The position numbers and the translations under genes are program-made. This document shows, piece after piece, positions 8,733-18,656 of a stretch of 64,000 bases of DNA (its first letter is position 1; each line of letters opens with the position of its first letter). Under the pieces are notes generated by a model that worked only from the letters and a program-made list of their open reading frames with translations, had not been told where the DNA came from and did no database searches. Origin of the DNA: an uncultured Planctomycetales bacterium (GTDB lineage Bacteria; Omnitrophota; Gorgyraeia; Gygaellales; Profunditerraquicolaceae); NCBI GenBank assembly GCA_964545575.1, contig CAZJFL010000009.1, forward strand, positions 19,574 through 83,573, in the 5' to 3' direction.

Positions 8733-11285
8733 ATGTATAAATCCGAAATCCGAATCCATAAATCCAAAACAAATCCAAAATCCAAAATCCAAAATCCAAA
8801 AAACAGAAAATTTTGGTTTTTGGTTATTGGATTATTGGTAATTGTTTGTAATTTGGCACCTGGTGCTTTGAACTTTAATTCATACGCCTATGCCCAGGGC
8901 GCCAAGGAAGAAGAAGCGCTTTTTATCGCCAAGAAGGCCTTTGAAGACGGTTTTTATGATGTCAGCCTCGGGCTTCTGGAGCGCTTCTTAAGGAATTACC
9001 CCAATACCGCAAAAATTCAGGAAGTAAATCTTCTCATCGGAAGGTGTTATTTCCAGCAGGGCAGGTTTCTGGACGCCCTGAATAAATTCGAGGAATTGCT
9101 AAACCAGCCCCAGGCTAAGAATATAAAAGACGCGGTTATTTACTGGATTGCCGAAGTACATTTCCGCGGCAATAACTTCAGCAAATCCGCTTCTTACTAC
9201 AAAATGATTATCGATGATTTCCCCGTTTCTGCGTATGCGGTTTCCGCTTACTATTCTTTAGGCTGGTGTTTATTCCAGGAGCGTAAGTTCGACGAAGCCC
9301 TCAGGTTTTTTAAGGCTACAGAGGAAAAGTTCCCCAAAGAGCCGCTGGCGCAGGACGCCTCTTTTAAGATAATTGAATGCCTTTATAATTTAAAAGATTA
9401 CTCCGGCATAAAGGAGAGGATTAAATTGTATCTAAAGATATACGCCAAGGACCCGGATAAACTTTATTACCTCTATTTTTACCTGGCGGAAGCGGATTAC
9501 TACCTGAATAATTTCCAGGAGGCTATCGACGAGTACGCCAAGGTCATTGTAAACAGCCGCGACGAGAAAACTCAAGGGCTATCCCGGCTCGGCACGGGCT
9601 GGGCTTTTTTGAAATTAAAGCGTTATCAGGAGGCAGAAAACACCTTCGCCGGCATTAAAGCCGAAACCCTTGAGAAGGCCAGTCGAGATGCGCTGTATCT
9701 GGGCAAAGCGATATTAATGGCTGAAACTAAAAGGTTCGATGAAGCCAAAGGCGCCTACGCCGCATTACTGGCCACTACCGAAGACCCGGTAGTTTTAATC
9801 CAGGCTTATATCGGCAGAGCCGATGCCTTTTATAATCTGGCCGACTATCAGGAGGCAATCGCAGTATATAAAGAAGCTGCGCAGAAAATATCGGGATCCG
9901 TTCCACAGGAGGTCGCCGATAAATTACACTACGGCCTGGCCTGGGCGCTTTTGAAAGAGGGTGAGTTTAAGGAGGCGATAGACGAATTCCAGAAGATCGC
10001 CAAACATACGGAAGATAAGATTATCAAAGTAAGCGTCCTCTGCCAGATCGGAGATACCTATCAGGATTCCGGCGATTACGCCAAGGCCGCCGAGTCCTAC
10101 GATGTCATCTTAAAAGATTATCCTGACAGTTTATACAGCGATTACGTCCAGTATCAGCTGGGCATTACGTTACTGAAAGCCTCTAAATATGACGGGGCGA
10201 TCCTGGCCTTCCAGAATCTTAAGGCCAAGTTCCCCGATTCTAAATTGCTGGATGATGCCTCCTACGCTTTAGGCTTATCTTATTTCCAGAGGGAGGATTA
10301 TAATGCCAGTAAAGAAATCTTTGAGAAGTTTACCCAGGAATATAAGGATGGCAGTTTAACGCCGCAGGCGACTTATCTATTGGGGACCAGTTTCTATAAC
10401 CTGGGAAAATATGCCGAGGCCATAGAGGTATTTAAGAATATTATCCGGATGTACGGCCAGGATGAAGAGCTCGTCCAGAAGGCAGAATACGAAATAGCCG
10501 ATTGCTATTACCAGCTGGGCAATGAGCAGGAATCCCTGAACAGGTTTAAGACACTGCGTTCTAAATACCCGGATTCTAAACTTACCCCGGAGGTAATCTG
10601 GTGGCTGGGCGAATATTATTACCGGCGTAATGAGCTAAGCATTGCGCGCCGGTATTTTACTTCCCTGATCCAGGATTTTCCCAAGAGCGCTCTGACCGCG
10701 TCGAGTTTCTACGCCGTAGGCTCTACTTACGCGGAGGAGTCTAATTATCAGGAGGCGATAAATAATTTCCAGAAAGTCATGGAGTTGGATAAGGCAGACC
10801 TTGCGGGGCAGGCAGGGGTGGCCATGGGAGATATCTACCTTAAGCAGGAGAAGCCGGATTTAGCGCTTGGGGCTTATAAGGATGCCGTGGCAGAACACGC
10901 AAATCTGGATAACCTGGTCTATCCTAAAATCGCGGATGTCTATAGCAAGCTGGGCGATTATGACCAGGCGATTGATTTTTACGAGAAGGGTTTAGCGGTC
11001 GTGCCTTTGCGCCAGATGAGCGATATCCAGTTTAAGATAGCCGAAGCCCGTCAGGCTAAAGGCGCGCTCGCGGAGGCTATCGAGGACTATTTGAAGGCGA
11101 CCTACCTTTATGCGGATAATAATGATCTGACCGTCAAAGCCCTGTTAAGAGTAGCGGCGATTTATGAGAATAAAGAAAACTTTAAAGAGGCGCTGAATAT
11201 TTATAAGCGCATTGCCGCGATGAATGTAGAAGAGGCAAAATACGCGCGCGAGCGCATGGACTGGATCAGAGTAAATATAAAATGA
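8733..11285 (+). CDS. large exported TPR-repeat protein (CpoB/BamD-like repeats)
   Basis: Signal-like N-terminus followed by many TPRs (A.Y.LG..Y....Y..A...F......YP.S). Confidence 0.85.
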   Translation: MYKSEIRIHKSKTNPKSKIQNPKNRKFWFLVIGLLVIVCNLAPGALNFNSYAYAQGAKEEEALFIAKKAFEDGFYDVSLGLLERFLRNYPNTAKIQEVNLLIGRCYFQQGRFLDALNKFEELLNQPQAKNIKDAVIYWIAEVHFRGNNFSKSASYYKMIIDDFPVSAYAVSAYYSLGWCLFQERKFDEALRFFKATEEKFPKEPLAQDASFKIIECLYNLKDYSGIKERIKLYLKIYAKDPDKLYYLYFYLAEADYYLNNFQEAIDEYAKVIVNSRDEKTQGLSRLGTGWAFLKLKRYQEAENTFAGIKAETLEKASRDALYLGKAILMAETKRFDEAKGAYAALLATTEDPVVLIQAYIGRADAFYNLADYQEAIAVYKEAAQKISGSVPQEVADKLHYGLAWALLKEGEFKEAIDEFQKIAKHTEDKIIKVSVLCQIGDTYQDSGDYAKAAESYDVILKDYPDSLYSDYVQYQLGITLLKASKYDGAILAFQNLKAKFPDSKLLDDASYALGLSYFQREDYNASKEIFEKFTQEYKDGSLTPQATYLLGTSFYNLGKYAEAIEVFKNIIRMYGQDEELVQKAEYEIADCYYQLGNEQESLNRFKTLRSKYPDSKLTPEVIWWLGEYYYRRNELSIARRYFTSLIQDFPKSALTASSFYAVGSTYAEESNYQEAINNFQKVMELDKADLAGQAGVAMGDIYLKQEKPDLALGAYKDAVAEHANLDNLVYPKIADVYSKLGDYDQAIDFYEKGLAVVPLRQMSDIQFKIAEARQAKGALAEAIEDYLKATYLYADNNDLTVKALLRVAAIYENKENFKEALNIYKRIAAMNVEEAKYARERMDWIRVNIK
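8739..8875. repeat. inverted heptamer repeat (AAATCCR)n ... (TTGGWTW)n encoding the N-terminus of the TPR protein
   Basis: AAATCCG/AAATCCA runs followed by TTGGTTT TTGGTTA TTGGATT. Confidence 0.8.
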
Positions 11286-11297
11286 GGATCAAATTTG

Positions 11298-11460
11298 CTC
11301 CGTTGCCCGGAATTATAACGTAAGGCAACGGAGTTAATTCGCGGACGCCCGCCGCAAAGATTGGCGGGCTACAACTTACATTCGCTTGCCGCAGAAGCGG
11401 CACACCGGCTGTTCCAATACAGCCGGGTGTTTCGCTCTGTAAGTTGTCCGCTCATTAAAA
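11298..11460. repeat. hairpin C plus element B carrying two nested inserts (GCCCGCC/GGCGGGC hairpin 11347-11369; element A on minus strand 11388-11431)
   Basis: Colinear with 5407-5505 (GTTAATTCGCG ... AACTTAC ... GTAAGTT ... CGCTCATTAAAA). Confidence 0.75.
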
Positions 11461-11470
11461 GGAGGATTAC

Positions 11471-12103
11471 ATGGATCTTTATAAGATGAGTCTATGGCAG
11501 GTGTTTTCAGCGGGCGGGCCGGTAATGTGGCCGATACTTTTATGTTCTATTTTTGCTCTGGCGATAATAATCGAGAAGTCCTGGCACTTGCACAGGATAA
11601 AGATAGACATGCAGGAATTCCTGCGTAATATCCTCGATAATATGAAGAGGCATCAGACTAAAGAGGCGTTACAGATTTGCGAAGCCACCAAGAGCCCTAT
11701 CGCCCATATTTTGAAGGCGGGAATTTTAAAATACGACCGCACGCGCGACCAGATCAAAGAAGCGATAGAAGACGCTTCTTTATATGAAATACCGCGCTTA
11801 GAGAAAAATCTTACGGCCCTGGCTACCATTGCGCATGTCTCTCCGCTTTTGGGGCTTTTAGGAACAGTGACCGGAATGGTCAGGGCCTTTCAGGTCATCC
11901 AGGCTAAAGCCACCAGTTTCCATCCGGTTTCTCCCGGAGACCTCGCCGGCGGCATCTGGGAAGCTTTGATTACTACGGTAGCAGGTTTAATTGTAGCCAT
12001 ACCGACATTCGTTGCCTATAACTATCTGGTCAGCCGCATCAATAATTTCGTATTAGAGATGGAGAAGGCGGCTACGGAATTAGTCAATTTTCTGACGGAG
12101 TAG
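11471..12103 (+). CDS. MotA/TolQ/ExbB proton channel protein
   Basis: GGPVMWPI, SPLLGLLGTVTGM, LAGGIWEALITT.AGL.VAIP. Confidence 0.93.
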   Translation: MDLYKMSLWQVFSAGGPVMWPILLCSIFALAIIIEKSWHLHRIKIDMQEFLRNILDNMKRHQTKEALQICEATKSPIAHILKAGILKYDRTRDQIKEAIEDASLYEIPRLEKNLTALATIAHVSPLLGLLGTVTGMVRAFQVIQAKATSFHPVSPGDLAGGIWEALITTVAGLIVAIPTFVAYNYLVSRINNFVLEMEKAATELVNFLTE

Positions 12104-12113
12104 GAGGGCGCCC

Positions 12114-12515
12114 ATGTATTTCAAACGACATATGGAATTAGAGCACGGCCTGCGGCCGATAGATATCGCGCCTTTAATAGACATAGTATTCCAGCTTTTG
12201 ATATTTTTTATGCTTACCTCCAGCTTCATCATGCAGCCGGGGATCAAGGTTAATCTTCCCAAGGCGGTTACCAGCGAAGTGGTCAAATATGAAAACATAG
12301 AAATCATTGTCTCCGGAGAAAACGTCACCTATTTTAACGGCAAAGTGGTGACTACCCAGGAATTGAATAAATTGCTTAAGCAGGCGGCTAAAAGGGACCA
12401 ATTTGTACTGATTAAAGCGGACCGGCGTGCCTCCTTAGGCAGGGTTGTGGAAATCTGGGATACCTGCAGGGACTTAGGCATAACCCAGATCAATATCGCC
12501 ACTAATCAGGAATGA
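12114..12515 (+). CDS. ExbD/TolR family protein
   Basis: PLIDIVFQLLIFFML, VNLPKA, IKADR. Confidence 0.93.
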   Translation: MYFKRHMELEHGLRPIDIAPLIDIVFQLLIFFMLTSSFIMQPGIKVNLPKAVTSEVVKYENIEIIVSGENVTYFNGKVVTTQELNKLLKQAAKRDQFVLIKADRRASLGRVVEIWDTCRDLGITQINIATNQE

Positions 12516-13138
12516 TCAGCTCAATTTTAAAGAAAGCCCTGTTGATTTCCGTAATCGGGCACCTCGCCGTGTTTGGTATCTTTAGTTTTTCTTTCGGCCG
12601 CAGGATACCCGCAGGAAACTACGCTGACATATCTTTTCAGGGCGCGATTTTAAACAGCTACGACCTGATAAATACTTCGCCTATTAATAAGATAAAAGAA
12701 ATTTTTCTCAAGAAACCGGATACTTCCGTCCTGAAGAAGAAAAACATAATTTACCCTGTGATAGCGGATTATTATTTTAAGCCGCAGGTGAATCTGGCGC
12801 AAAATGAAGAGAAGGCGTCTTTTATCCTGAAGCAGGGATTAACACCGCCTCTTTTGCCTAAGAAGGAGTCGGTGATTATGTTTTACCCGCCGTTGCCGTA
12901 TCACTTCATGCTCTATTTTAAAGACCGGCAGGCCGTGCATATGGAGATTATGTTTAACATTACACCCCTAGGCGATACGAATTCCATTGAAATCAAGAGA
13001 AAGATTTCTTCGGGAAACCTGGAAGTCGACCTTTTGAGCATGCGCTATCTTAACCCCTATTTATTTATACAGCAGAAGAGGTTTACTCCCAACAGCTGGC
13101 ATACGGTTAAGATAGACCTTTCCCCCAAGAATGATTAA
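12512..13138 (+). CDS. putative TonB/TolA-like energy transducer (divergent)
   Basis: N-terminal TM with S..GH, Pro/Lys-rich middle, C-terminal SSGN..VD motif; follows exbBD. Confidence 0.55.
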   Translation: MISSILKKALLISVIGHLAVFGIFSFSFGRRIPAGNYADISFQGAILNSYDLINTSPINKIKEIFLKKPDTSVLKKKNIIYPVIADYYFKPQVNLAQNEEKASFILKQGLTPPLLPKKESVIMFYPPLPYHFMLYFKDRQAVHMEIMFNITPLGDTNSIEIKRKISSGNLEVDLLSMRYLNPYLFIQQKRFTPNSWHTVKIDLSPKND

Positions 13139-13373
13139 TCTAGACTTCTCTTTAGCCGTATCCCTGTATCTGTTTATCGCGATCACGGCGATGTTTATCT
13201 TTTGGCTCTCCGGTAAAAAGCAGAAAGATAAGGACCTTTCGCTGGATGAGCGTTTTATCTGGTTTTGCTCAGTCTGCACCTACACCTATGTCAACACTAA
13301 AGAAGAGTCAATCTCTACCTGCCCGCGTTGCGGCAGCTATAATAAAAAGGCCCCTCCACCGATCAATCCTTGA
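13131..13373 (+). CDS. small membrane-anchored zinc-ribbon protein
   Basis: One TM segment, then CSVC...CPRCGS. Confidence 0.7.
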   Translation: MINLDFSLAVSLYLFIAITAMFIFWLSGKKQKDKDLSLDERFIWFCSVCTYTYVNTKEESISTCPRCGSYNKKAPPPINP

Positions 13374-13420
13374 CCCCGCCCTTCATTCAAATATAATATA
13401 GCATTGGATGAAGAGCGGGG

Positions 13421-13449
13421 TTGACCTGCGATATTTTCAGTGGTATAAT
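13421..13449 (+). promoter_or_regulatory. sigma70-type promoter of nadE
   Basis: TTGACC-N17-TATAAT with extended -10 TG. Confidence 0.7.
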
Positions 13450-13458
13450 TCCAAAGAT

Positions 13459-14175
13459 ATGAAAAAGAAGATCACTGGCTGGATCAAAAAACAGCTTAAG
13501 CAGGCGCAAGCTAAAGGCATAGTTTTAGGCCTTTCCGGAGGGGTGGATTCTGCGCTAGTAGCAGCCCTGGCAAAAGAGGCAGCGGGAAGTAAGCGGGTCT
13601 TAGGCTTATTTATGCCTGTGCATAGTCATAAACAGGACCTGCGGGATGCTATGCTTGTGGCGCGCAAATTAGGCATCAAGACCAAACTCATCGATTTATC
13701 GGCGATATATGATGCTTTGATCAGGATCCTTCCTCCGGCAGGGAGAAAGGCAGAGGCAAATCTTAAGCCGCGCCTTAGGATGGCGGTCCTTTATTACTTT
13801 GCCAACAAGCTCAATTATTTAGTCTCTGGCACAGGGAATAAATCGGAATTAATGGTGGGTTATTTTACCAAGCACGGAGACGGGGCAACAGACATCTTGC
13901 CGATAGGCGATTTACTGAAGAAAGATGTAAGAAGTTTAGCCCTAAACTTAAGGATTCCGCGGCATATTATTGCTAAGCCTCCCACTGCCGGCCTTTGGCA
14001 GGGCCAGACTGATGAAGGCGAGATGGGGATAACTTATCCTGAGTTAGACGCTATACTGGAGGGTTTGGAAAGCAAGAAAAAGCAGGTAGTTACTAGAAAA
14101 AAGGTAGCTAAAGTTAAGGCGATGATAAAGAAATCGGAACACAAAAGGCAGGGTCCGAAAATCTGCTCTATCTAA
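13459..14175 (+). CDS. nadE: NH3-dependent NAD+ synthetase
   Basis: GLSGGVDSA, NLKPRLRM, GTGNKSE, GYFTKHGDG, PPTAGLW; start revised to 13459. Confidence 0.95.
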   Translation: MKKKITGWIKKQLKQAQAKGIVLGLSGGVDSALVAALAKEAAGSKRVLGLFMPVHSHKQDLRDAMLVARKLGIKTKLIDLSAIYDALIRILPPAGRKAEANLKPRLRMAVLYYFANKLNYLVSGTGNKSELMVGYFTKHGDGATDILPIGDLLKKDVRSLALNLRIPRHIIAKPPTAGLWQGQTDEGEMGITYPELDAILEGLESKKKQVVTRKKVAKVKAMIKKSEHKRQGPKICSI

Positions 14176-14190
14176 AAACCGGAGGTAAAG

Positions 14191-14676
14191 ATGGATGAGA
14201 TATTAGAGGTACTGGCAAAAGACGCGCGGATCAGCCCGCAGGATTTGGCAAAGATGCTCAGGAAGAAGCCGGATGCGGTTAAACAGGCAATCAGGAAATA
14301 CGAAAAAGAAGGGGTGATCTTAAAATACAAGGCAGTGATCAATCAGGAACTGGTTAAAGACGCTCAGTCAAGCGTGCGCGCTTTAATTGAAGTAAATATT
14401 GCGCCGCAAAAGGACGTCGGTTTCGATAAGATTGCCGCACGCATCTATTCTTTTGCCGAAGTCTCAAGCTGTTATCTGATTTCGGGGACCTATGATTTGC
14501 TTTTAATTGTGGAGGGCAAAGACCTGCATACCGTCGCCAGTTTCGTCGCCGAAAAATTAGCCCCTTTAGAGAATGTCAAAGGCACGGCCACGCATTTCTT
14601 GCTGAAAAAATATAAAGAGGACGGGGTCATCTTGAAGCATAAAGAGGAAAATAAGAGGATAGCAATATCATATTAA
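14191..14676 (+). CDS. Lrp/AsnC family transcriptional regulator
   Basis: N-terminal HTH, C-terminal SGTYDL RAM domain. Confidence 0.9.
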   Translation: MDEILEVLAKDARISPQDLAKMLRKKPDAVKQAIRKYEKEGVILKYKAVINQELVKDAQSSVRALIEVNIAPQKDVGFDKIAARIYSFAEVSSCYLISGTYDLLLIVEGKDLHTVASFVAEKLAPLENVKGTATHFLLKKYKEDGVILKHKEENKRIAISY

Positions 14677-14717
14677 ATCCTAAATCCGAAATTCGAATTT
14701 AACTTCTAAAAACAGAT

Positions 14718-15884
14718 ATGAAAAATGTAATTTCTAAAAAAGTAATGGAGATGCAACCTTCCGGGATCAGGGCCTTCTTTGACCTGGTGCTCGGAATGAA
14801 GGATGTCATCTCCCTGGGCGTAGGAGAGCCGGATTTTGTCACCCCCTGGCAGATACGCGAGGCAGGGATTTATTCTCTGGAAGAGGGTTTTACCTCTTAC
14901 ACCTCCAATAAGGGGCTCTATAAATTACGTTTAAGTATATCCCGTTACTTAAAAAATAGATACGGTTTGGAATATTGCCCCGATGAAGAAATCCTGATTA
15001 CCGTGGGCGTCAGCGAAGGCTTTGATCTTACCTTGCGCGCGCTGATCAACCCCGGCGATAAAATATTGATCCCTGAGCCCTGCTATGTTTCTTACGGGCC
15101 GCTGGTAGATTTAGCAGGGGGGATGCCGGTCTATATAGATACGCGCGATGAGGATTTTAAGATTACGCCCGGCAAAATTAAAAAGTTCATTGATAAGAAA
15201 ACCAAGGGGATCATCCTGAATTATCCTACCAACCCCACGGGAGTTTCTTATACCAGAAAAGAACTGGAGGCGATTAATAAAACCGCTCTTCAGCATAAAT
15301 TAATCGTAATATCCGACGAGATATACGGGGACCTGACTTACGACTTTGAACATACGCCGTTTCCTACGCTTAGCGGCGCCAGGAATAATACCGTCTATCT
15401 TAACGGATTTTCCAAGAGCTATGCCATGACCGGCTGGCGCGTGGGTTTTGTCTGCGGCAATAAGGATATCATCGCCGCGATGACTAAGATCCACCAGTAT
15501 ACTATCATGTGCGTTCCGATTACTTCGCAAATGGCAGCTTGCGAGGCTTTGCAGGCAGGGCGTAAATCAGTAGAAGAGATGAAGCGCGAATATAGAAGGC
15601 GCCGGGAGCTGATCATAACAGGGCTAAATGGATTAGGTTTAGAATGTAAAACTCCCGAAGGCGCATTCTATGCTTTCGTAAACATCAGAAAAACCGGGCT
15701 TAGCTCGCTTGCCTTTGCGCAAAAATTGCTTAAAGAACAGAAAGTAGCGGTTGTCCCGGGGACTGCTTTCGGCAGGGGTTACGATGATTATCTGCGCATC
15801 TCGTATGCTTCTAGTACCGATAACCTGAAAGAAGCTTTAAACAGGATAGAGGTTTTCTTAAAATCAATCCGGAGGAAAAAATGA
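14718..15884 (+). CDS. class I/II aminotransferase (YugH/AspC-like)
   Basis: SLGVGEPDF, NYPTNPTG, GFSKSYAMTGWRVG. Confidence 0.92.
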   Translation: MKNVISKKVMEMQPSGIRAFFDLVLGMKDVISLGVGEPDFVTPWQIREAGIYSLEEGFTSYTSNKGLYKLRLSISRYLKNRYGLEYCPDEEILITVGVSEGFDLTLRALINPGDKILIPEPCYVSYGPLVDLAGGMPVYIDTRDEDFKITPGKIKKFIDKKTKGIILNYPTNPTGVSYTRKELEAINKTALQHKLIVISDEIYGDLTYDFEHTPFPTLSGARNNTVYLNGFSKSYAMTGWRVGFVCGNKDIIAAMTKIHQYTIMCVPITSQMAACEALQAGRKSVEEMKREYRRRRELIITGLNGLGLECKTPEGAFYAFVNIRKTGLSSLAFAQKLLKEQKVAVVPGTAFGRGYDDYLRISYASSTDNLKEALNRIEVFLKSIRRKK

Positions 15885-17218
15885 GCAAGGCAAAGCCAAA
15901 AACGGCATCTGAGTTGATGAAATTAGTAAAAGAAAAAAAGGTTAGATACATCAGGCTTTGGTTTACCGATGTGCTGGGTTTCTTAAAAGGTTTTACCATC
16001 ACCATTAATGAACTGCCTCGTGCCTTAGAAGACGGGATGGGGTTTGACGGCTCATCAATCGAGGGTTTTGCGCGGATCGAGGAATCGGATATGATCGCCA
16101 GGCCCGATATCAGGACCTTTGCAATACTGCCCTGGGAGTCAAAGGATGAGCCTGTGGCGAGGATGTTCTGCGATATCTACAAGCCCGACGGCAGGCCCTT
16201 TGAAGCCGATCCCAGATATGTCTTGAAGAAAAATTTAGAGCGTGCCAAGAAACTAGGCTTTATTTATTACGTGGGGCCTGAGCTGGAATACTTTTATTTC
16301 AACAACCCCAAGAATACAATTATTCTGGATAAAGGCGGATATTTTGATCTTACGCCGCTAGATGTAGCGCAGAGCGTCAGGAACGAAACCGTTTCCAGCC
16401 TCGAAGACTTAGGGATTATCGTCGAATACAGCCATCATGAAGTCGCCTCCAGCCAGCATGAAATCGACTTAAGATACAGCGATGCGCTCTCCATGGCAGA
16501 TAACGTCATGACCTATAGATTAGTAGCCAAAGAAATTGCCCAGGCAAAGGGCCTGCACGCCAGCTTTATGCCCAAACCGGTCTTTGGGATTAACGGTTCG
16601 GGAATGCATACGCATCAGTCTTTGTTTAAAGGTTCAGCTAATGCCTTCTTCGAGAAAGGCGGACAATACCATCTTTCCAAGGTTGCGCAGCAGTTTATCG
16701 CCGGGCTGCTGAAGCACGCGGTGGAGATAACTTCGGTGACCAATCAGTGGGTCAACTCTTACAAGCGTCTTGTCCCCGGATATGAAGCGCCGGTTTATAT
16801 CTGCTGGGCGCAGATGAACCGTTCGGCGCTGATCCGCGTGCCGATGTATAAGCCGGGAAAAGAAAAAGCGACCCGTATTGAATACAGGTCTCCGGATCCG
16901 GCCTGTAACCCTTATTTGGCATTTTCGGTGATGTTAGCTGCCGGCCTGGAAGGCATTAAGAATAATTATAAGCTGACTGAGCCAGCCAATGACAATATCT
17001 ATCATATGGGCGAAGAGCAGCGGGACAGGGTCGGGATAAAATCGCTTCCCGAAGACCTGCTGGAGGCGATTAAAATTACCGAGAAAAGCAAATTAGTGCG
17101 GGAGTGCCTGGGGGATAAGGTGTTTGAGTATTTCATCCGTAATAAGAAGGTGGAATGGGATGAATATAAGGCGCAGGTCACCCAGTACGAAATAGACAGG
17201 TACCTGCCGATACTCTAG
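15881..17218 (+). CDS. glnA: glutamine synthetase type I-alpha
   Basis: [54 protein letters not shown]. Confidence 0.9.
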   Translation: MSKAKPKTASELMKLVKEKKVRYIRLWFTDVLGFLKGFTITINELPRALEDGMGFDGSSIEGFARIEESDMIARPDIRTFAILPWESKDEPVARMFCDIYKPDGRPFEADPRYVLKKNLERAKKLGFIYYVGPELEYFYFNNPKNTIILDKGGYFDLTPLDVAQSVRNETVSSLEDLGIIVEYSHHEVASSQHEIDLRYSDALSMADNVMTYRLVAKEIAQAKGLHASFMPKPVFGINGSGMHTHQSLFKGSANAFFEKGGQYHLSKVAQQFIAGLLKHAVEITSVTNQWVNSYKRLVPGYEAPVYICWAQMNRSALIRVPMYKPGKEKATRIEYRSPDPACNPYLAFSVMLAAGLEGIKNNYKLTEPANDNIYHMGEEQRDRVGIKSLPEDLLEAIKITEKSKLVRECLGDKVFEYFIRNKKVEWDEYKAQVTQYEIDRYLPIL

Positions 17219-17229
17219 GGTTAAAGGCT

Positions 17230-17955
17230 GTGGCAAAAAAAGGCAAATATCAGATTTACATAAAACAGATAGAGGCCCTTTCCAAGATAGCAAACCTCAT
17301 CACTTCCGGACTGTACTTAGAAGAGCTGTTGCGCCTTATCGTGCAGGTCACCTCCGAAATTATGAACTCCAAAATTTCTTCTTTGATGCTGGTTGACCCG
17401 GACAAGAAAGAGCTGGTGATTAAGGCTACACAGTCTATTTCGGAGGCCTATAATAAGAAACCTAACCTTAAATTAGGGGAAGGGGTATCCGGTATAGTCG
17501 CCAAAGAAAATAAACCGATCTGCGTTCTGGATGTCAAAGAAGACAGCCGTTACTTAAACAGGGATGTAGCTAAAAAAGAGGGGTTATGTTCTTTAGCCAG
17601 CGTTCCTTTGGCGGTAAAGGGGAGGGTGATCGGGGTGCTTAATTGTTATACTTCTGCTAAGCATAAATTTAGTAAAAATGAACTGGATATCCTGACCGCT
17701 TTAGCTAACCAGGCGGCATTGGCTATAGAGAACGCGGAGTTAGATTTAAGGGTGCGCACTGCCGAAGAGGCCCTGACTACCCGTAAGCTTATCGACCGCG
17801 CAAAAGATGTCCTTTCGCGCGAGGCGAATATTCTGCCCTCTGAGGCCTACCGGTTGATTCAAAAACAAAGCATGGATAGCCGCAAATCCATGCGCGAGAT
17901 TGCCGAAGCGATAATTTTAACCAAAGATATCAAAGATAAGCAAAGAGAAAAATAA
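17230..17955 (+). CDS. GAF + ANTAR RNA-binding antiterminator (paralog 1)
   Basis: GAF (GEGVSG.VA, SLASVPL..KG.VIGVLN) plus ANTAR (RKLIDRAK..L...EAYRLIQKQSMD.RKSMREIAEAI). Confidence 0.92.
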   Translation: MAKKGKYQIYIKQIEALSKIANLITSGLYLEELLRLIVQVTSEIMNSKISSLMLVDPDKKELVIKATQSISEAYNKKPNLKLGEGVSGIVAKENKPICVLDVKEDSRYLNRDVAKKEGLCSLASVPLAVKGRVIGVLNCYTSAKHKFSKNELDILTALANQAALAIENAELDLRVRTAEEALTTRKLIDRAKDVLSREANILPSEAYRLIQKQSMDSRKSMREIAEAIILTKDIKDKQREK

Positions 17956-17960
17956 TCCCG

Positions 17961-18656
17961 ATGAAAAAAGAGATAGCTCATCTAAGATTAGCAAATTGCC
18001 AGGTTTTCTTTGACTTCGATAATACTATTACTACTTTTGACGTGCTGGACGATATCATCAGGCGTTTTGCGGTAAACAAAGACTGGATAAAGATCGAAAG
18101 GGATTGGCAGCGGGGTAAAATCGGCTCCCGGGAATGCCTGAAGAGGCAGATGAAGCTGGTCAAAGTAGATAGAAACAGGCTGCTGGCTTATCTTTCTGGA
18201 ATCAGGGTAGACCCTTATTTTAAAAAAATATTGGTTAAACTTAAAGCAGGCGGGGTGAAGCCCGTTATAGTGAGCGACAGTTTTTCTTTTGTAATAAATA
18301 ATATACTGCGTAACAATGCCATCCGGGGGATCAAGGTTTATTCCAATCAGCTCAATTTTTCTAATGGCGGGTTCTCTTTATCCTTTCCTCACCGGGATAA
18401 AAAATGTTGTTTATGCGCGCACTGCAAGAAAAACAGCTTGTTAAGAAAAGGCGGGGATGCTAAAATTAAAATATATGTAGGGGACGGGGCGTCGGACCTC
18501 TGCGCGGCTTTGCATGCGGATCTGGTGTTTGCAAAAGGAAGATTGCGGGATTACCTGCGCCGCAGAAAAAGAAGCTGTATCCCCATAAAAAGCCTGAAAG
18601 AAGTCTATCTTTATTTTAACGGAGCCGGAACCCATGGTACGCAAAGAAAAAGTTAA
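17961..18656 (+). CDS. MtnX-like HAD-IB phosphatase
   Basis: FDFDNTIT, VSDSF, CAHCK, YVGDGASD...A..ADLVFAK. Confidence 0.88.
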   Translation: MKKEIAHLRLANCQVFFDFDNTITTFDVLDDIIRRFAVNKDWIKIERDWQRGKIGSRECLKRQMKLVKVDRNRLLAYLSGIRVDPYFKKILVKLKAGGVKPVIVSDSFSFVINNILRNNAIRGIKVYSNQLNFSNGGFSLSFPHRDKKCCLCAHCKKNSLLRKGGDAKIKIYVGDGASDLCAALHADLVFAKGRLRDYLRRRKRSCIPIKSLKEVYLYFNGAGTHGTQRKS

